A stretch of 63,852 nt of DNA, counting the filler, from Octopus bimaculoides (taxonomy: Eukaryota), in assembly GCF_001194135.2 (NCBI RefSeq). It is 5 parts of 5 records of this genome, joined end to end, with 100 filler letters (N's around TTAATTAATTAA, not from the genome) between each part and the next. Parts side by side here need not be neighbours in the genome. Positions count along the whole stretch, not along the records: positions 50,117 to 58,929 come from NC_068996.1; positions 59,030 to 62,315 come from NC_068984.1; positions 62,416 to 63,852 come from NC_069010.1; 2 more parts are not named here. One strand, written 5' to 3'. A program made the position numbers and the translations under genes. The notes under the pieces were generated by a model, which was not told where the DNA came from, searched no databases, and saw only the letters and a list, made by a program, of their open reading frames with translations. Positions 50,950 to 63,852 of this stretch are shown piece after piece. Position 1 is the stretch's first letter, and each line of letters begins with the position of its first letter.

Positions 50950-51540
50950 AAACCGTTAGATTCACTTCAACATTTAAATTTATTTTGCCAAAATATTTTC
51001 GTCGCTTTGAGACCGCGACCTGTTTTTGAACGAAGAAAAGTGATTACACAATCTCTGCATAAAAGTCAGTAGAACATGCTCCAATGTAATAACTAGAAAT
51101 ACCATCATCTGTTACTACATCTATAAACAAGTGGACATAATTTGCTCTTACAACTACAGTAATGCTTATTAATATTAACTCTATACTTATTACTGACAGA
51201 AGTATGAAATACTCTGTCTATATCATTACGTATTACTTTATGAGTATTATTAGTTTCGCTATAGATGAAATTCGGTGTTTTATCAAATTCGTTACTTGGT
51301 TCAATTAATTCAAATGAGTGTGATTTAGACCCATTTATCTTCCTTACACTATCTTCTGTAGGCTCTCTTGTTATCATTCCTATTGTTAGCCAAACAAGTG
51401 TTTCTTATCTCGATAGAGACATTCGTAATTTATTCCACCTTATCCGTATAGTTATCATTAACAACAGTCATATTAGTATTATTTACATTAGATTTATCAT
51501 TTGTGTTTTCAAGGTTCCTATTGGTGAATTCTCCTAAAGT
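50950..51540 (-). mobile_element. Penelope-like element remnant (GIY-YIG endonuclease region plus terminal repeat)
   Basis: Seen on the minus strand with frameshifts: HYCSCKSKLCPL..VY..V.TDDGISSYYIGACSTDF.QRLCNHFSSFKN. This is the Cys-x-CPL linker plus YIG and R..NH motifs typical of PLE endonucleases. Confidence 0.6.
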
Positions 51541-51589
51541 TATGGGCTGTAATAATTTGTGCTAGGTGCTAAATTCCTAGTTGTAGAAA

Positions 51590-51840
51590 AGGCAAACATA
51601 ATCGTATGCCGATTCAAAGAAGAAACACAAGGGCAGTCGTTTTGAAGATATTGAAAAAAACTAACGAAAGCTATGGCAAGTGTCCCGGTAAGAGTGAAGG
51701 AGCCTTCACGAAGTGGCTGAGGTGCTACAACAAATGCATTGATGTCAGACGAACCTACTTTGAAGGAGAAGAGAGTTTTGTACTTCTTTGAAATTAGTAA
51801 ATCTCTCTTCTGAAACAGTCTCGAAACTTCTCGTATTCAT
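51590..51840 (+). mobile_element. Mariner transposon 3' end fragment
   Basis: Seen: ...SRFEDIEK...AFTKWLRCYNKCIDVRRTYFEGE (mariner C-terminal W..C...YFE motif), followed by a TIR-like CAGTCTCGAAACTT...CTCGTA. Confidence 0.6.
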
Positions 51841-52195
51841 AAAACCAGAAGTTTTGAAACTGCAGTCTTTAATTGAACATAATACATTATTGTACTTGTT
51901 AGCATTAAGCACTTCTTTTTCTTGCTTGTACATTCTAATGCATATGTGTGTGAGTGTGTGTGTTTCTTTTCTTTTGAGGTTCATGGGAGAGAAAGAGAGA
52001 CAAAGAGACAGGGAGAGAGAGAGTGAGAGTGAAGAGAAAGCATTTTCAATACGTGTCACTGAGTATATAATCTTGCCCAAATAAATTTGTATGTATATAT
52101 ATATATGTGTGTGTGTGTGTATTTGTGTGTTTGTGCGTGTGCATGTGTGAGTATGTGTGTATGTACATACTTATACACACATGCACACACACACA

Positions 52196-52282
<87 letters not shown>

Positions 52283-52361
52283 TCATATATACACACACAT
52301 ATGAACGCGTACGTACACATACGTATTTCCACTGCATATGCATATGTGCAATATTCTATGA

Positions 52362-52423
<62 letters not shown>

Positions 52424-52493
52424 GTGTATGTATGTATGTATGTATATATTGGTATACGTACTCTCACTCATTCCCTCTCTCTTTCTCTCTCTA

Positions 52494-52531
<38 letters not shown>

Positions 52532-53306
52532 CATACACACACATATATATATGTGTGTGTGTGCATGCGTGCGTGCGTGTGTAGGTGCGTATATGTTTAT
52601 ATATATATTTATTTGGATATATCAATAATATATGTGCGTGTATATGTATATATATATATATATATATATAAATGTATGCATATAAACATGTATGTGTGTG
52701 TATGCATGCGTGTATGTATGTATATATGTTTGTGTTATGTATGTATGTATGCGTTCGTGCTATCACAAGTTAGAAAAACCAATGCGAATGTTATTTTAAT
52801 TTAGGACCTAGATTGTGTCAGGCTTGTTACTAGAAGACAGGGAAATAAATATGTAGAAGATACGCTAAACATCTGTTAAATTAATTATTGGCCATAGTAA
52901 CACAGGCTTTGACGAAACGAAATGTCGAAGTTATTTTTGATGTTTTGTTGCTGTTTTCGTGTCGTATTTTTTTATCGGTTTGTTTTCTTTTTGCCCGAAA
53001 TCCAATTAATATTCTGACAATTTAGAGAGTAAATTAGAAACCATGTACGGCAGTTTGCTTTCTGCCGATACCATATTAATTCTCCATAGTTCTCTGAACC
53101 GTCTGCGCTCAGTGCGGATGATTTGTTTCATGTGTGTATGTTAGTATATATGCATACTTACAGTCATACATACATTCCTGTATACATACATACATGCATA
53201 CATGCATATATACATACATACATACATACATACATTCCTGCATACATACATACATGCATACATACAAACATATATGCATACATGCATACATACTCACATA
53301 GTACTA

Positions 53307-53362
<56 letters not shown>

Positions 53363-53480
53363 TGTATATATATGCATATATATGTATGTATGTATGTGTG
53401 TGTTATATATAAATACAGATAGATAGATAGATAGATAGATAGTTAGATAGATAGGTAGATAGATAAATATATAGAGATAG

Positions 53481-53533
<53 letters not shown>

Positions 53534-53892
53534 NNNNNNNNNNNNNNNNNNNNNNNNNNNNNNNNNNNNNNNNNNNNNNNNNNNNNNNNNNNNNNNNNNN
53601 NNNNNNNNNNNNNNNNNNNNNNNNNNNNNNNNNNNNNNNNNNNNNNNNNNNNNNNNNNNNNNNNNNNNNNNNNNNNNNNNNNNNNNNNNNNNNNNNNNNN
53701 NNNNNNNNNNNNNNNNNNNNNNNNNNNNNNNNNNNNNNNNNNNNNNNNNNNNNNNNNNNNNNNNNNNNNNNNNNNNNNNNNNNNNNNNNNNNNNNNNNNN
53801 NNNNNNNNNNNNNNNNNNNNNNNNNNNNNNNNNNNNNNNNNNNNNNNNNNNNNNNNNNNNNNNNNNNNNNNNNNNNNNNNNNNNNNNNNNNN

Positions 53893-53948
<56 letters not shown>

Positions 53949-55165
53949 AGAAATATAAACAAACAACAGTGATTACAAAGTACTCAATACTGAAATTAGA
54001 GTAACAAATCAAATAAAGAAGGATGTTTAAAAATACAGAATTTCTATTTTTTGTTTTTACGAATGTTTCTTATAACGAATTTGAAAAAAAAAAAACAAGA
54101 AAACAAAACAAAAGGCAAAAAAAAAACAACTAAAAGAACGTGTCTTCAGATGTAGTAATGGACATTTTATATATAAAATATAGCATTCGTAGAATAATTC
54201 TAGGAGTTTACAGAAGATTTTGAAGATAGGGATTTGAAATGACGAAGAAACGCGAGTGAGGCACCACCACATACAACCCCATCACAGCACCACTACCACT
54301 CCCTCTGCTAGGACAACTATTGCCACCACTTCTATCACAACCACCCCACCGCAACCACCAACGCACCCACCACTTTTACAGTCACCACCACCGCCACTAT
54401 TACTACTCTACCGCAACCACACCAACACACTTGTCCCTTTTACAATGACGATGACGACGACGACGACGACGACGACCACCACCACCACCACCATCGTCAC
54501 CACCACCACCACCACCACCACTACCACAACCNNNNNNNNNNNNNNNNNNNNNNNNNNNNNNNNNNNNNNNNNNNNNNNNNNNNNNNNNNNNNNNNNNNNN
54601 NNNNNNNNNNNNNNNNNNNNNNNNNNNNNNNNNNNNNNNNNNNNNNNNNNNNNNNNNNNNNNNNNNNNNNNNNNNNNNNNNNNNNNNNNNNNNNNNNNNN
54701 NNNNNNNNNNNNNNNNNNNNNNNNNNNNNNNNNNNNNNNNNNNNNNNNNNNNNNNNNNNNNNNNNNNNNNNNNNNNNNNNNNNNNNNNNNNNNNNNNNNN
54801 NNNNNNNNNNNNNNNNNNNNNNNNNNNNNNNNNNNNNNNNNNNNNNNNNNNNNNNNNNNNNNNNNNNNNNNNNNNNNNNNNNNNNNNNNNNNNNNNNNNN
54901 NNNNNNNNNNNNNNNNNNNNNNNNNNNNNNNNNNNNNNNNNNNNNNNNNNNNNNNNNNNNNNNNNNNNNNNNNNNNNNNNNNNNNNNNNNNNNNNNNNNN
55001 NNNNNNNNNNNNNNNNNNNNNNNNNNNNNNNNNNNNNNNNNNNNNNNNNNNNNNNNNNNNNNNNNNNNNNNNNNNNNNNNNNNNNNNNNNNNNNNNNNNN
55101 NNNNNNNNNNNNNNNNNNNNNNNNNNNNNNNNNNNNNNNNNNNNNNNNNNNNNNNNNNNNNNNNN

Positions 55166-55228
<63 letters not shown>

Positions 55229-55258
55229 GCAACACACGCACGCATACGCACACACATA

Positions 55259-56235
55259 TACGACGGGCTTCTTTCAGTTTTCGTCTATAAAAACCACTCA
55301 AGACTTTGATCAACCTGAGACTATAGTAGAAGACACTTGGCCACGCAGTGGGACTGAACCACGTGATTGGGAAGCAAGCTTCTTACTACACAGCTACGCA
55401 TGCGCCTATGATTGAGAGCGGTTTGTAACAATCTTTTGTATAGTGAAAGAGACAGTCAGATGGTTAAGTTTATATATATGTTAACAGTTGATGGTATCTC
55501 AGAATTGTTAAACGACACAAAGATGCTATTTGTCAAAGAAAAGGAAATATCTCGTACGTTTGTCATAGTGTTTAGTATAGCGGTCTTTTACAGACTAATG
55601 GAATCTATTTACTCTGTCTCCAGAACTAGCATTAAACAAAGGCGTTGAAAGTTATTGCGATTTAAGGCGAGAAATTTTCACGAAATAACTCTTCAGACTA
55701 AAGAAATCCTCAGACCTGAAATAGAACGTTCATATTGTGAGTTTACCTAAGTGCATTATTATGAGAAGCTGTTGTCAGCTTTTCGGAGTTTTTGGTGTAA
55801 TCAAGAAGAAATTAACAAAAGAAGAAAACAAGTTCATAAAACATACACAGGGGCGCAGGAGTGGCTTTAGGCGCTGTAGCAACTATAGGCATAAGAGTGG
55901 CTTTGGGCGCAGTNNNNNNNNNNNNNNNNNNNNNNNNNNNNNNNNNNNNNNNNNNNNNNNNNNNNNNNNNNNNNNNNNNNNNNNNNNNNNNNNNNNNNNN
56001 NNNNNNNNNNNNNTGTGTTTGTGTGTCTGTGTTTGTCCCCCTCCCACCATCGCTTGACAACCGTCCCCGTGTTTACGCCCCCGTAATTTAGTGGTTCGGC
56101 AAAAGAGACCGCTGGAATAAGTACTAGGTTTACAACGTATAAGTCCTGTGGTCGATTTGATTCAACTAAAGGCGGTGCTCCAGCATGGCCGCAATCCAAT
56201 GACTGAAAAAAGTAAAAGAATAAAAGAATAAAAGA
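55259..56235. mobile_element. Divergent SINE-B pair: 55259-55409 (-) and 55852-56235 (+)
   Basis: Seen: CGACGGGCTTCTTTCAGTT...CTACGCATGCGCCT (-), and GGCGCAGGAGTGGCT...gap...GGCGGTGCTCCAGCATGGCC (+). Confidence 0.8.
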
Positions 56236-57161
56236 ATTATAGTTGATACAACATTATAAGATTTATGAAATGTTCCATTATCCTTAAAATGTGTTAAAAT
56301 TCCATACATACATGTTCTAATTGTATTAAATTTCATATCATATGTGAAAGGCAGTTTAATCGGTTTATCATTAAATGCGATATGACTAATAGTTTAATAA
56401 ACTTCATAATTCGAATCTTTTTGTTTTTACATGCTGTTTGTTATATAAGTTTGTATTACTTATTTCAGAAGATTCTGATGTGCATACAGAAACCGTGTAT
56501 ATAGTTTGGCAAAAGATGATTTTTCAAAGCTTATTTTCTTCTAAAGACTACATATGAACTGTGACGTACTGGTGTCAACGATTTTAAGTATGTCTCAGAG
56601 TGATTGCAGAAGTTTACAATTTCGAAACAATATTGTATTTCACAGCAGCGTGGTAAATGATACACTGTATTTTTCAAATGGGTATTGACTTCAGTTTTAC
56701 AAGGTAATTTTCATTTGTATGTAAGAAATTTGTGTCTCTACTAATTCGGTTGTTGAAACATTAAAGAAATATAATGAGAAAAAACAAAAAGACATATCCC
56801 GCCAATGAACTGAAATTTTTATTGTTTATAAGAAATGTTAAACATCATAAAATGTTTAAATTAGTGTAGTTAATTTGCATTGGGTTGTGCCATGCTGAGA
56901 ACTTCGAATAAAGATGAAATGGCCCTAGGCATGGTTTCAAACGGCTCGATATTTTAAGATCTTTATATTCTGTAAAAAAAATATCTTATGATACATTTAT
57001 TTAAAAATAAACTTGTCGTGCTTAAATTCGTATAGAAGTGTTTTGCTAGTTTTGTGAATATATTCTCTATCGCCTACAATCGCAGCCTACCCACGAAACA
57101 CATACTTTGTGTATGTACGTTTGATATTGTATATATCTCTCGATCTGCTTCTAATTAATAT

Positions 57162-57196
<35 letters not shown>

Positions 57197-57452
57197 NNNN
57201 NNNNNNNNNNNNNNNNNNNNNNNNNNNNNNNNNNNNNNNNNNNNNNNNNNNNNNNNNNNNNNNNNNNNNNNNNNNNNNNNNNNNNNNNNNNNNNNNNNNN
57301 NNNNNNNNNNNNNNNNNNNNNNNNNNNNNNNNNNNNNNNNNNNNNNNNNNNNNNNNNNNNNNNNNNNNNNNNNNNNNNNNNNNNNNNNNNNNNNNNNNNN
57401 NNNNNNNNNNNNNNNNNNNNNNNNNNNNNNNNNNNNNNNNNNNNNNNNNNNN

Positions 57453-57485
<33 letters not shown>

Positions 57486-58021
57486 CATACATACATAATA
57501 CTTTGATATAAAAATACATGCATACATACATTCGTACATATATATATGGATGTATAGTTCAATGTGTTTACGTGTGTGATGATTGTCTGTGATTGTGTTG
57601 TGTTTGCTCCATAACCTGGCAATTAGTGTTGGTTTGTGTACGTCCTCTAGCAGATCGGCAAAAGAGATGGATAGAATATGAATTAAATGCAAAAAGGTTT
57701 ACACTTATACCTATACCTATACCAAAGCCTACAACTATACCTATCATCTGTATAGGGTAAGGCGTACTTGATTATGCCTCAGGCTATATGAAAATTTCAA
57801 TATTTTTGCCCATCAATTTCCAATATTTTTCAGCGGATGTCGCAAATTTCGCTTTAACACGTCTCCTGAAATATAATAATTGTATAATTTGCACTTAAAA
57901 GTAGTTAGATAAGTAGTTAGATTAGTCCGCACATCACATCTACTGATAATATTTCTAGTAAAGCATAAGAAGTTTTATTATATCTATGTATGTTTGTATA
58001 TATGTATGTATATATAAAATG

Positions 58022-58353
58022 AAAATAAGCAATAGAATATCAAGCTGTGGTGCAGTACAACCGTTTCAAGCGGCTCCATTTAACTGAACAATGCAATCAT
58101 TACATCAATTTAAATGCAATGCCATCTTCAGCTGCACAAATATATAAATAGAATTTTAACAACTAGGACACAGTAATATAATTTTTCTCAAATATTTTAA
58201 CAGAGTAAAAAGATGGAAGAAATTCATGTTGTCGCTATTGTAGCTATAATAGCGACAGCATGAATGTTGATGTAACGATTGCACTGTTCAATTAAATAGA
58301 GTCGCTTGAAACGGACGTACTGCATCACTACTTGATACCCTGTTGCTTATTTT
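58022..58353. repeat. Long imperfect inverted repeat (87-bp arms 58022-58108 / 58267-58353); MITE-like
   Basis: Seen: manual alignment gives about 13 mismatches in 87 bp with no indels. A 42-bp near-perfect palindrome sits at 58223-58264 inside the spacer. Confidence 0.85.
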
Positions 58354-58624
58354 GGTTTTATTAACCCTACCCCATTAGCTACTGTAGTTTATTACATAAC
58401 ATTTATTTTTTCTTGTGTCATCTCTTTGTTTCTATTACCACTCTATATAACCTGACTGACTTGGTGCTTTAACTTAAGTACCTAATTCAACTGAATCTCA
58501 ATTATCATATATATATATATATATATATATAATCATAATAAAAATAACGTAAGAAACACAAGTTGGATTATAGTTTCTTGAGAATGATACTGTAATAAAC
58601 AAATTTTGAAGGTGTATAATTCTC

Positions 58625-58727
<103 letters not shown>

Positions 58728-58898
58728 ATAAACTCCATTTGCTACTGCAGTTTATTACATAACATTTATTTTTTTCTCGTGTTATCTCTTTGTTTCTATT
58801 ACCACTCTATACTCATATAACATTGTGTTATGGATCGTACGTGTATTGAGTTTTGCACCAGGTTATTAGTCTCTTCCATGTTTTAACCCATACCTCCT

Positions 58899-58929
<31 letters not shown>

Positions 58930-59126
58930 NNNNNNNNNNNNNNNNNNNNNNNNNNNNNNNNNNNNNNNNNNNNTTAATTAATTAANNNNNNNNNNNNNNN
59001 NNNNNNNNNNNNNNNNNNNNNNNNNNNNNTATACGTATATATAAACTTACTTGGAAATGGATGCGTAGCGTTCAATGAAATAATATAAATAACATATATA
59101 TATGCATATATATATATACATTTATA

Positions 59127-59745
59127 TATAATATAATATAAGGATAAAATCTTTATAAGAATTTATCAAGTAGTCAGCGTGAAAAAACCTCATAAGGAAA
59201 AAAAAAACATCATTTTTTTCCATAAATATATATAATATGATTTATACAAGGGCATTATTATAAAATAAAGCCTCACGCTTAGAGGGACTTAATAAGTCAA
59301 AACTACCAAAATAAGCACATGTTTACCGATCGCGAGGAATGCAACTTTCAAAGCTAACCTCCTAAAAACTTTTAACTTAACAGCAAACCACTGGTTTCAT
59401 AATTAATACAGCAAAACTATGCAGTAGGCTGCTTCTTTTATTCATCAGTGCACGTATGGTCAAGACACATAAAGAATAAACAAAAATCAACATACCCTGA
59501 TGCACCCAAAACAGCACGATGACTTCTATTCATCCTTATATATCCGTGAAAGAGGCGGGCTTTTTTCGGCAACATGTGCTTTTACAGAATAATATTCAGC
59601 ACTGAATATATTCTAATTATTTATAATATAATATAAGGATAAAATCTTTATAAGAATTTATCAAGTAGTCAACTATGCAGTAGTCCCTCTAAGCGTGAGG
59701 CATTATTTTATAATAATGCCCTTATATAAACTATATTATACATTT
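59127..59745. repeat. Direct plus inverted repeat complex (two oppositely oriented copies of a TIR-bearing repeat)
   Basis: Seen: 59127-59176 is identical to 59622-59671 (50 bp direct). 59241-59289 is the reverse complement of 59682-59730 (2 mismatches in 49). Confidence 0.8.
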
Positions 59746-62271
59746 NNNNNNNNNNNNNNNNNNNNNNNNNNNNNNNNNNNNNNNNNNNNNNNNNNNNNNN
59801 NNNNNNNNNNNNNNNNNNNNNNNNNNNNNNNNNNNNNNNNNNNNATATATATATATATATATATATACTTTATTATCTCCCCTTATTCCAAGCTTTCCTG
59901 TGTGACCCCTCTGTCCGGCATTCGCCATGATAGAGTCAATGTGAGCGCTTTAACGACGGCTGTTTGATATAACGACCAAACCTCCCTCATACGATACACT
60001 GCTGCCTTTAAGACATGATTGACTATAAGAAATAGCAGCCTTAAATAACTGTTACACTTCAAAGAATATCTTGAAAAACGACTTGTGAGATGATTTCTAG
60101 TTGACGTTGAAATTATTGGCTACTGAAAGATATTCCCTCAAGGAAGAATTTCCTTGGATATTATTCTGTAGGAAACACTAAGAACGTTCTCTCTTTCTCT
60201 TGATTCCTAAACTACTAACGTTCTATGTTGAAAAAGAAAGCATTCCATGAATCCTCTAGCTTGTAACTAATTTCATCTTTAAATTCTAGGAAATAGCCCA
60301 CTTCTTAAAATATCTAAATAATAAGTTATGGATTATATCATGCTAAAAATTTCTAAAAGGAATGAAACAGTACTACATATAATTATCACCAACTAAAAGT
60401 TTTAAGAACTTTGAAATAGATAAAAATAAAAAAAATAAACATGATAACTCCATGCATCTTCTTCATATTTCTCAATTTCATATTCAAATAACTAATCGTG
60501 CCTGCTTTGATGGGACAATTATCTCTCTTGTATTAACGTCCTTTGTCATAGGGAACTACATATATTGAATAAAGATATAATTCTGTATATACTGGGCTAA
60601 AACAGAAGTGGTATTCAAAGGTGGGATTTTAACCAACAAGAACATTAACAATGAAACACAGAGAGAACTTTAGTAGTATTTTTAAGTTGGTTGTCAGTCG
60701 AGTTTATAAGGCGGTTTCTAATTCTTAGATTCAGTTACATTAAATTTTATTACGAAAAGTATACAATATAAATTTTACATCACGACTTTCAGATCATGTG
60801 CTTGTGTCTCAGTAAAAATTAAAAGAATAATTTTGGAAATAAAGGAAACAATATGTTTAAACTAAAAAATGGAATTATGCAACAATTTTAACTGGGAAAT
60901 GTTTAGTCATACATGCACACAGATACACACAGACGCAGACACACACAAACACAACATTATACCTATATATTATATACATGAGCACGGTTACAGCCTTTAG
61001 GCTAGAAAACATAAAAGAATGAATACTTATGATACGTATCATATATGCATATATATTTTCTAATTATATTGTATTCTTTTATTCTTTTATATATTTCAAC
61101 TCAAAGGCTGTGGCCATTCAGGAACACCGCCAGTAGCATGTACACACACACATACACACACACACACACACACACAGACACATACACAGACACACACACA
61201 TATATAAACAATATATATGTATGTACGTACGTTTGCATGTGTGTATGTATGGTTGTGTGTGTGTGTGTGTGTGTGAGTATGTGCATGTGTATGTGTTCGT
61301 GTGTATGTTTCTATCCTCATTCTTTATACTGCTCGCATTTCCTCTTGGGTCACCGAATCATCTTTCTTTCTCCACCACCATATAATTCACGCTTCCCATC
61401 TACTACGCCTGTTTCTTCCCCTGCTTCCAAGCTTTGCAACCTATCTTCCTTCATATCTTTCACCCTCTATCTTTCACACATCATCTCTCAATTCTCTCCT
61501 GTCTATTGTATCTTTATTACTATTCTGCTGTTCTTTATCACGACCTTTATCAGCACTGCCAGCCATCTCCTACTCTCCCGTATCCCCTCGACTCATATGT
61601 ATCACACCCCACTCCTTATTAACCATTCACTACAACCACTCCTCAGCTCTACTCTCTCTCTATAGTTATCACCTAATCTTCCATACTTTCTCCATTTATT
61701 ATCCCTCAACATCTGTTCCTCGATATATAAAATCCATCCCCCCACCTATTCCCATTTTTTAACTGTCTCTCACCCTCCCATATATTCTTTCAACCTCTAC
61801 CTATCTATACTCCCTTTTCTTTACTCATTTCTTCACACTTCATACCTTGAAGGTTCACTTTGACATTCTATTACCACTATTTTATCTCCTTCCGGCCCCA
61901 ACCCTCAGTCATTCCCACAATCTATGTGAGTTGCCATGTGGTTTCTCTACAGCAAGAAGCGTGCTGAGTTCTTGCTCCCTTATTTCATATTTCAACATCT
62001 CAGCACATGGCATAAAGCCACCACCCTCTCTACAGCAGCCCCACTTAGCCAAAGAAGACCTTAGTCTTGCAAACTGCATAAAGATCTTACACTGCCCTCC
62101 CCCATAAAAAGTACCCAGTATACGTCGTAAAGTGTTTGACACGTGGGAGGGTCTCCAACCATAAAAAACAATGTCAAAGTAGATACTGGAGCCCAATGCA
62201 GTCTTCGTATTCGTCGGATGCCACCAAATCATACAATTCATGCCAGCATAATGACGACGACGACGACGATG

Positions 62272-62315
<44 letters not shown>

Positions 62316-62429
62316 NNNNNNNNNNNNNNNNNNNNNNNNNNNNNNNNNNNNNNNNNNNNTTAATTAATTAANNNNNNNNNNNNNNNNNNNNNNNNNNNNN
62401 NNNNNNNNNNNNNNNTATATTACAAGAAA

Positions 62430-62660
62430 GCAGCGAGCTGGTGGCAGAATCGGTAGCGCACCGAGCAAAATGCTCAGCGGTATTTCATCCGTCTTCACGT
62501 TCTGAGTTCAAATCCCACCGAGGTCGACTTTGCCTGTCATCCTTTCGGGGTCGATTAAATAAGTACCAGTTGCGTAGTGGCGGTGGGGCCGATGTAATCG
62601 ACTCAATCCCCCCCTCCTCCAGGTTACAGGCCTTGTACCCTTAGTGGAAAGGATTATTGT
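62430..62660 (+). mobile_element. SINE-A copy
   Basis: Seen: GCAGCGAGCTGG..GCAGAATCGGTAGC...GAGTTCAAATCCCACCGAGGTCGAC...GAAAGGATTATT. Confidence 0.8.
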
Positions 62661-63273
62661 TATATTTTCCCTATTTTTTTTAATGCTTTAGTTTCTGCAT
62701 GGTTAAGAAGCTTGTTTTGCAATCACGAAGCTTTGAGTTCTATCCCACCGCGTGGCACCTTAGGTTTTTTTCTGCTGTGGCCCCAGGCCGAGCAATGCTT
62801 TGTGAGTTTGCAAATCAATTTGGTAGACGCAGTGTAAAAGCCCATTGTGTGTGTGTGTGTGTGTGTGTGTAAGGCGCATGGTCAGTGGTTAGAGCGTTGG
62901 GCTCACAATCATGAGGTAATGAGTTCGATTCCTGGACCGGGCAGTATGTGTTGTGTTCTTGAGCACAACACATACATACATACATACATGTGTGTGTGTG
63001 TGTGTGTATGTGTGTGTGTGTGTGTGTACCCTAACCTAACCCTAATTTCACGTTGCTCCAGTTCACTCAACAAGTTGCGATGTCTCTGATGCCAAACTGC
63101 ATCAGTCCTTTTGCCTTTCCTTTGGATAACATCAGTGGCATGGAGGGGAGGCTGGTATGCGTAGGGGACTTGCCCGGACTTGTGCCTCAGAGGGTAACAT
63201 TGTAGGAGCAATCCCATGGTCATTCATGACCGAAGGGGGTCCCATACATACATACATACATACATACATACAT

Positions 63274-63496
63274 AAAGAAAAGACCTACGCTGAACTATTG
63301 AGAAATCTGCAGTTACTCAATCCAGATTACAAGTCCAGGTTCATATCTGTAATTATTGGAGCACTGGGATATGTAACACATTGCCTAAATACCAATCTCA
63401 AAACTAGAAAGGAAAAGGTTAATTCAAGGACTACAGCTCCAATCCATTACCGGAACTGTAAAAATCTGTAAAACTTTCCAGAAGTTTATCATCTAA
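63274..63496 (+). mobile_element. RLE-class LINE 3' end (restriction-like endonuclease C-terminus)
   Basis: Seen: KEKTYAELLRNLQLLNPDYKSRFISVIIGALGYVTHCLNTNL...LQLQSITGTVKICKTFQKFII*, matching the K..KY..L...vGALG...GT..I pattern of R2/R4/NeSL C-termini. Confidence 0.65.
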
Positions 63497-63852
63497 GTAT
63501 ACATGAGCATGTCTAGATATGCAAATTTATATGCATGAGAATATGCACATAAAACAAAACAAAACATACATACATACAAAAATACCCCGTTGATGTTGTT
63601 GAAATTCCAATGAAGGAGCCTTGAATCTAGGTTAGAAACCGGCTCTTTCTCTATTGGCAAGAGATCATGGAATAAAACTGAACAATGACATACATATGTG
63701 TGTGTGTGTGTGTGTGTACACTAGTAAGCATATAAATGTGAAACAAGATGGAAAAATGCAGTTTGATTTTAACAGTTATTTTTTCAAAGCTATAATGGAA
63801 GTGACAAAGGAACATATTCGGCATATTTTGCTTTTATGAGTTCAATAAAGGC

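Overview
This is a eukaryotic, AT-rich, microsatellite-dense genomic window with many assembly gaps. The repeat landscape suggests an octopus (coleoid cephalopod) draft assembly; that is inferred from recalled repeat families, not from a database search. Only one host coding exon is supportable: exon 1 of a Nemo-like kinase (NLK/nemo) gene at 23803-23996 (+), ending ...QPDRPIGYGAFGVVW at a phase-2 GTAAGT donor. I could not find exon 2 (expected to start SVTDPRDG...), so the remaining ~40 kb appears to be intron 1. The rest is transposon debris and simple repeats: an in-frame chimera of two different mariner transposases, a Gypsy integrase with PPT and probable 3' LTR, LINE fragments (R4/Dong-like, L1/Tx1-like, RTE, CR1-like), a Penelope GIY-YIG remnant, hAT-type MITEs and at least three tRNA-derived SINE families. 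The best leads are: degenerate Penelope-type minimal hammerhead ribozyme motifs, all antisense to NLK; the double-catalytic-core mariner chimera; candidate stop-creating micro-exons and an E-box cluster in NLK intron 1; octopus-human conservation of the NLK M1/M12-M13 start architecture; and several long inverted repeats that could be ADAR substrates. None is established as a new system. There are no rRNA, CRISPR or intact tRNA genes. Repeat boundaries were read by eye (about +/-20 bp). Most ORF-track entries are microsatellite or N-gap artefacts.
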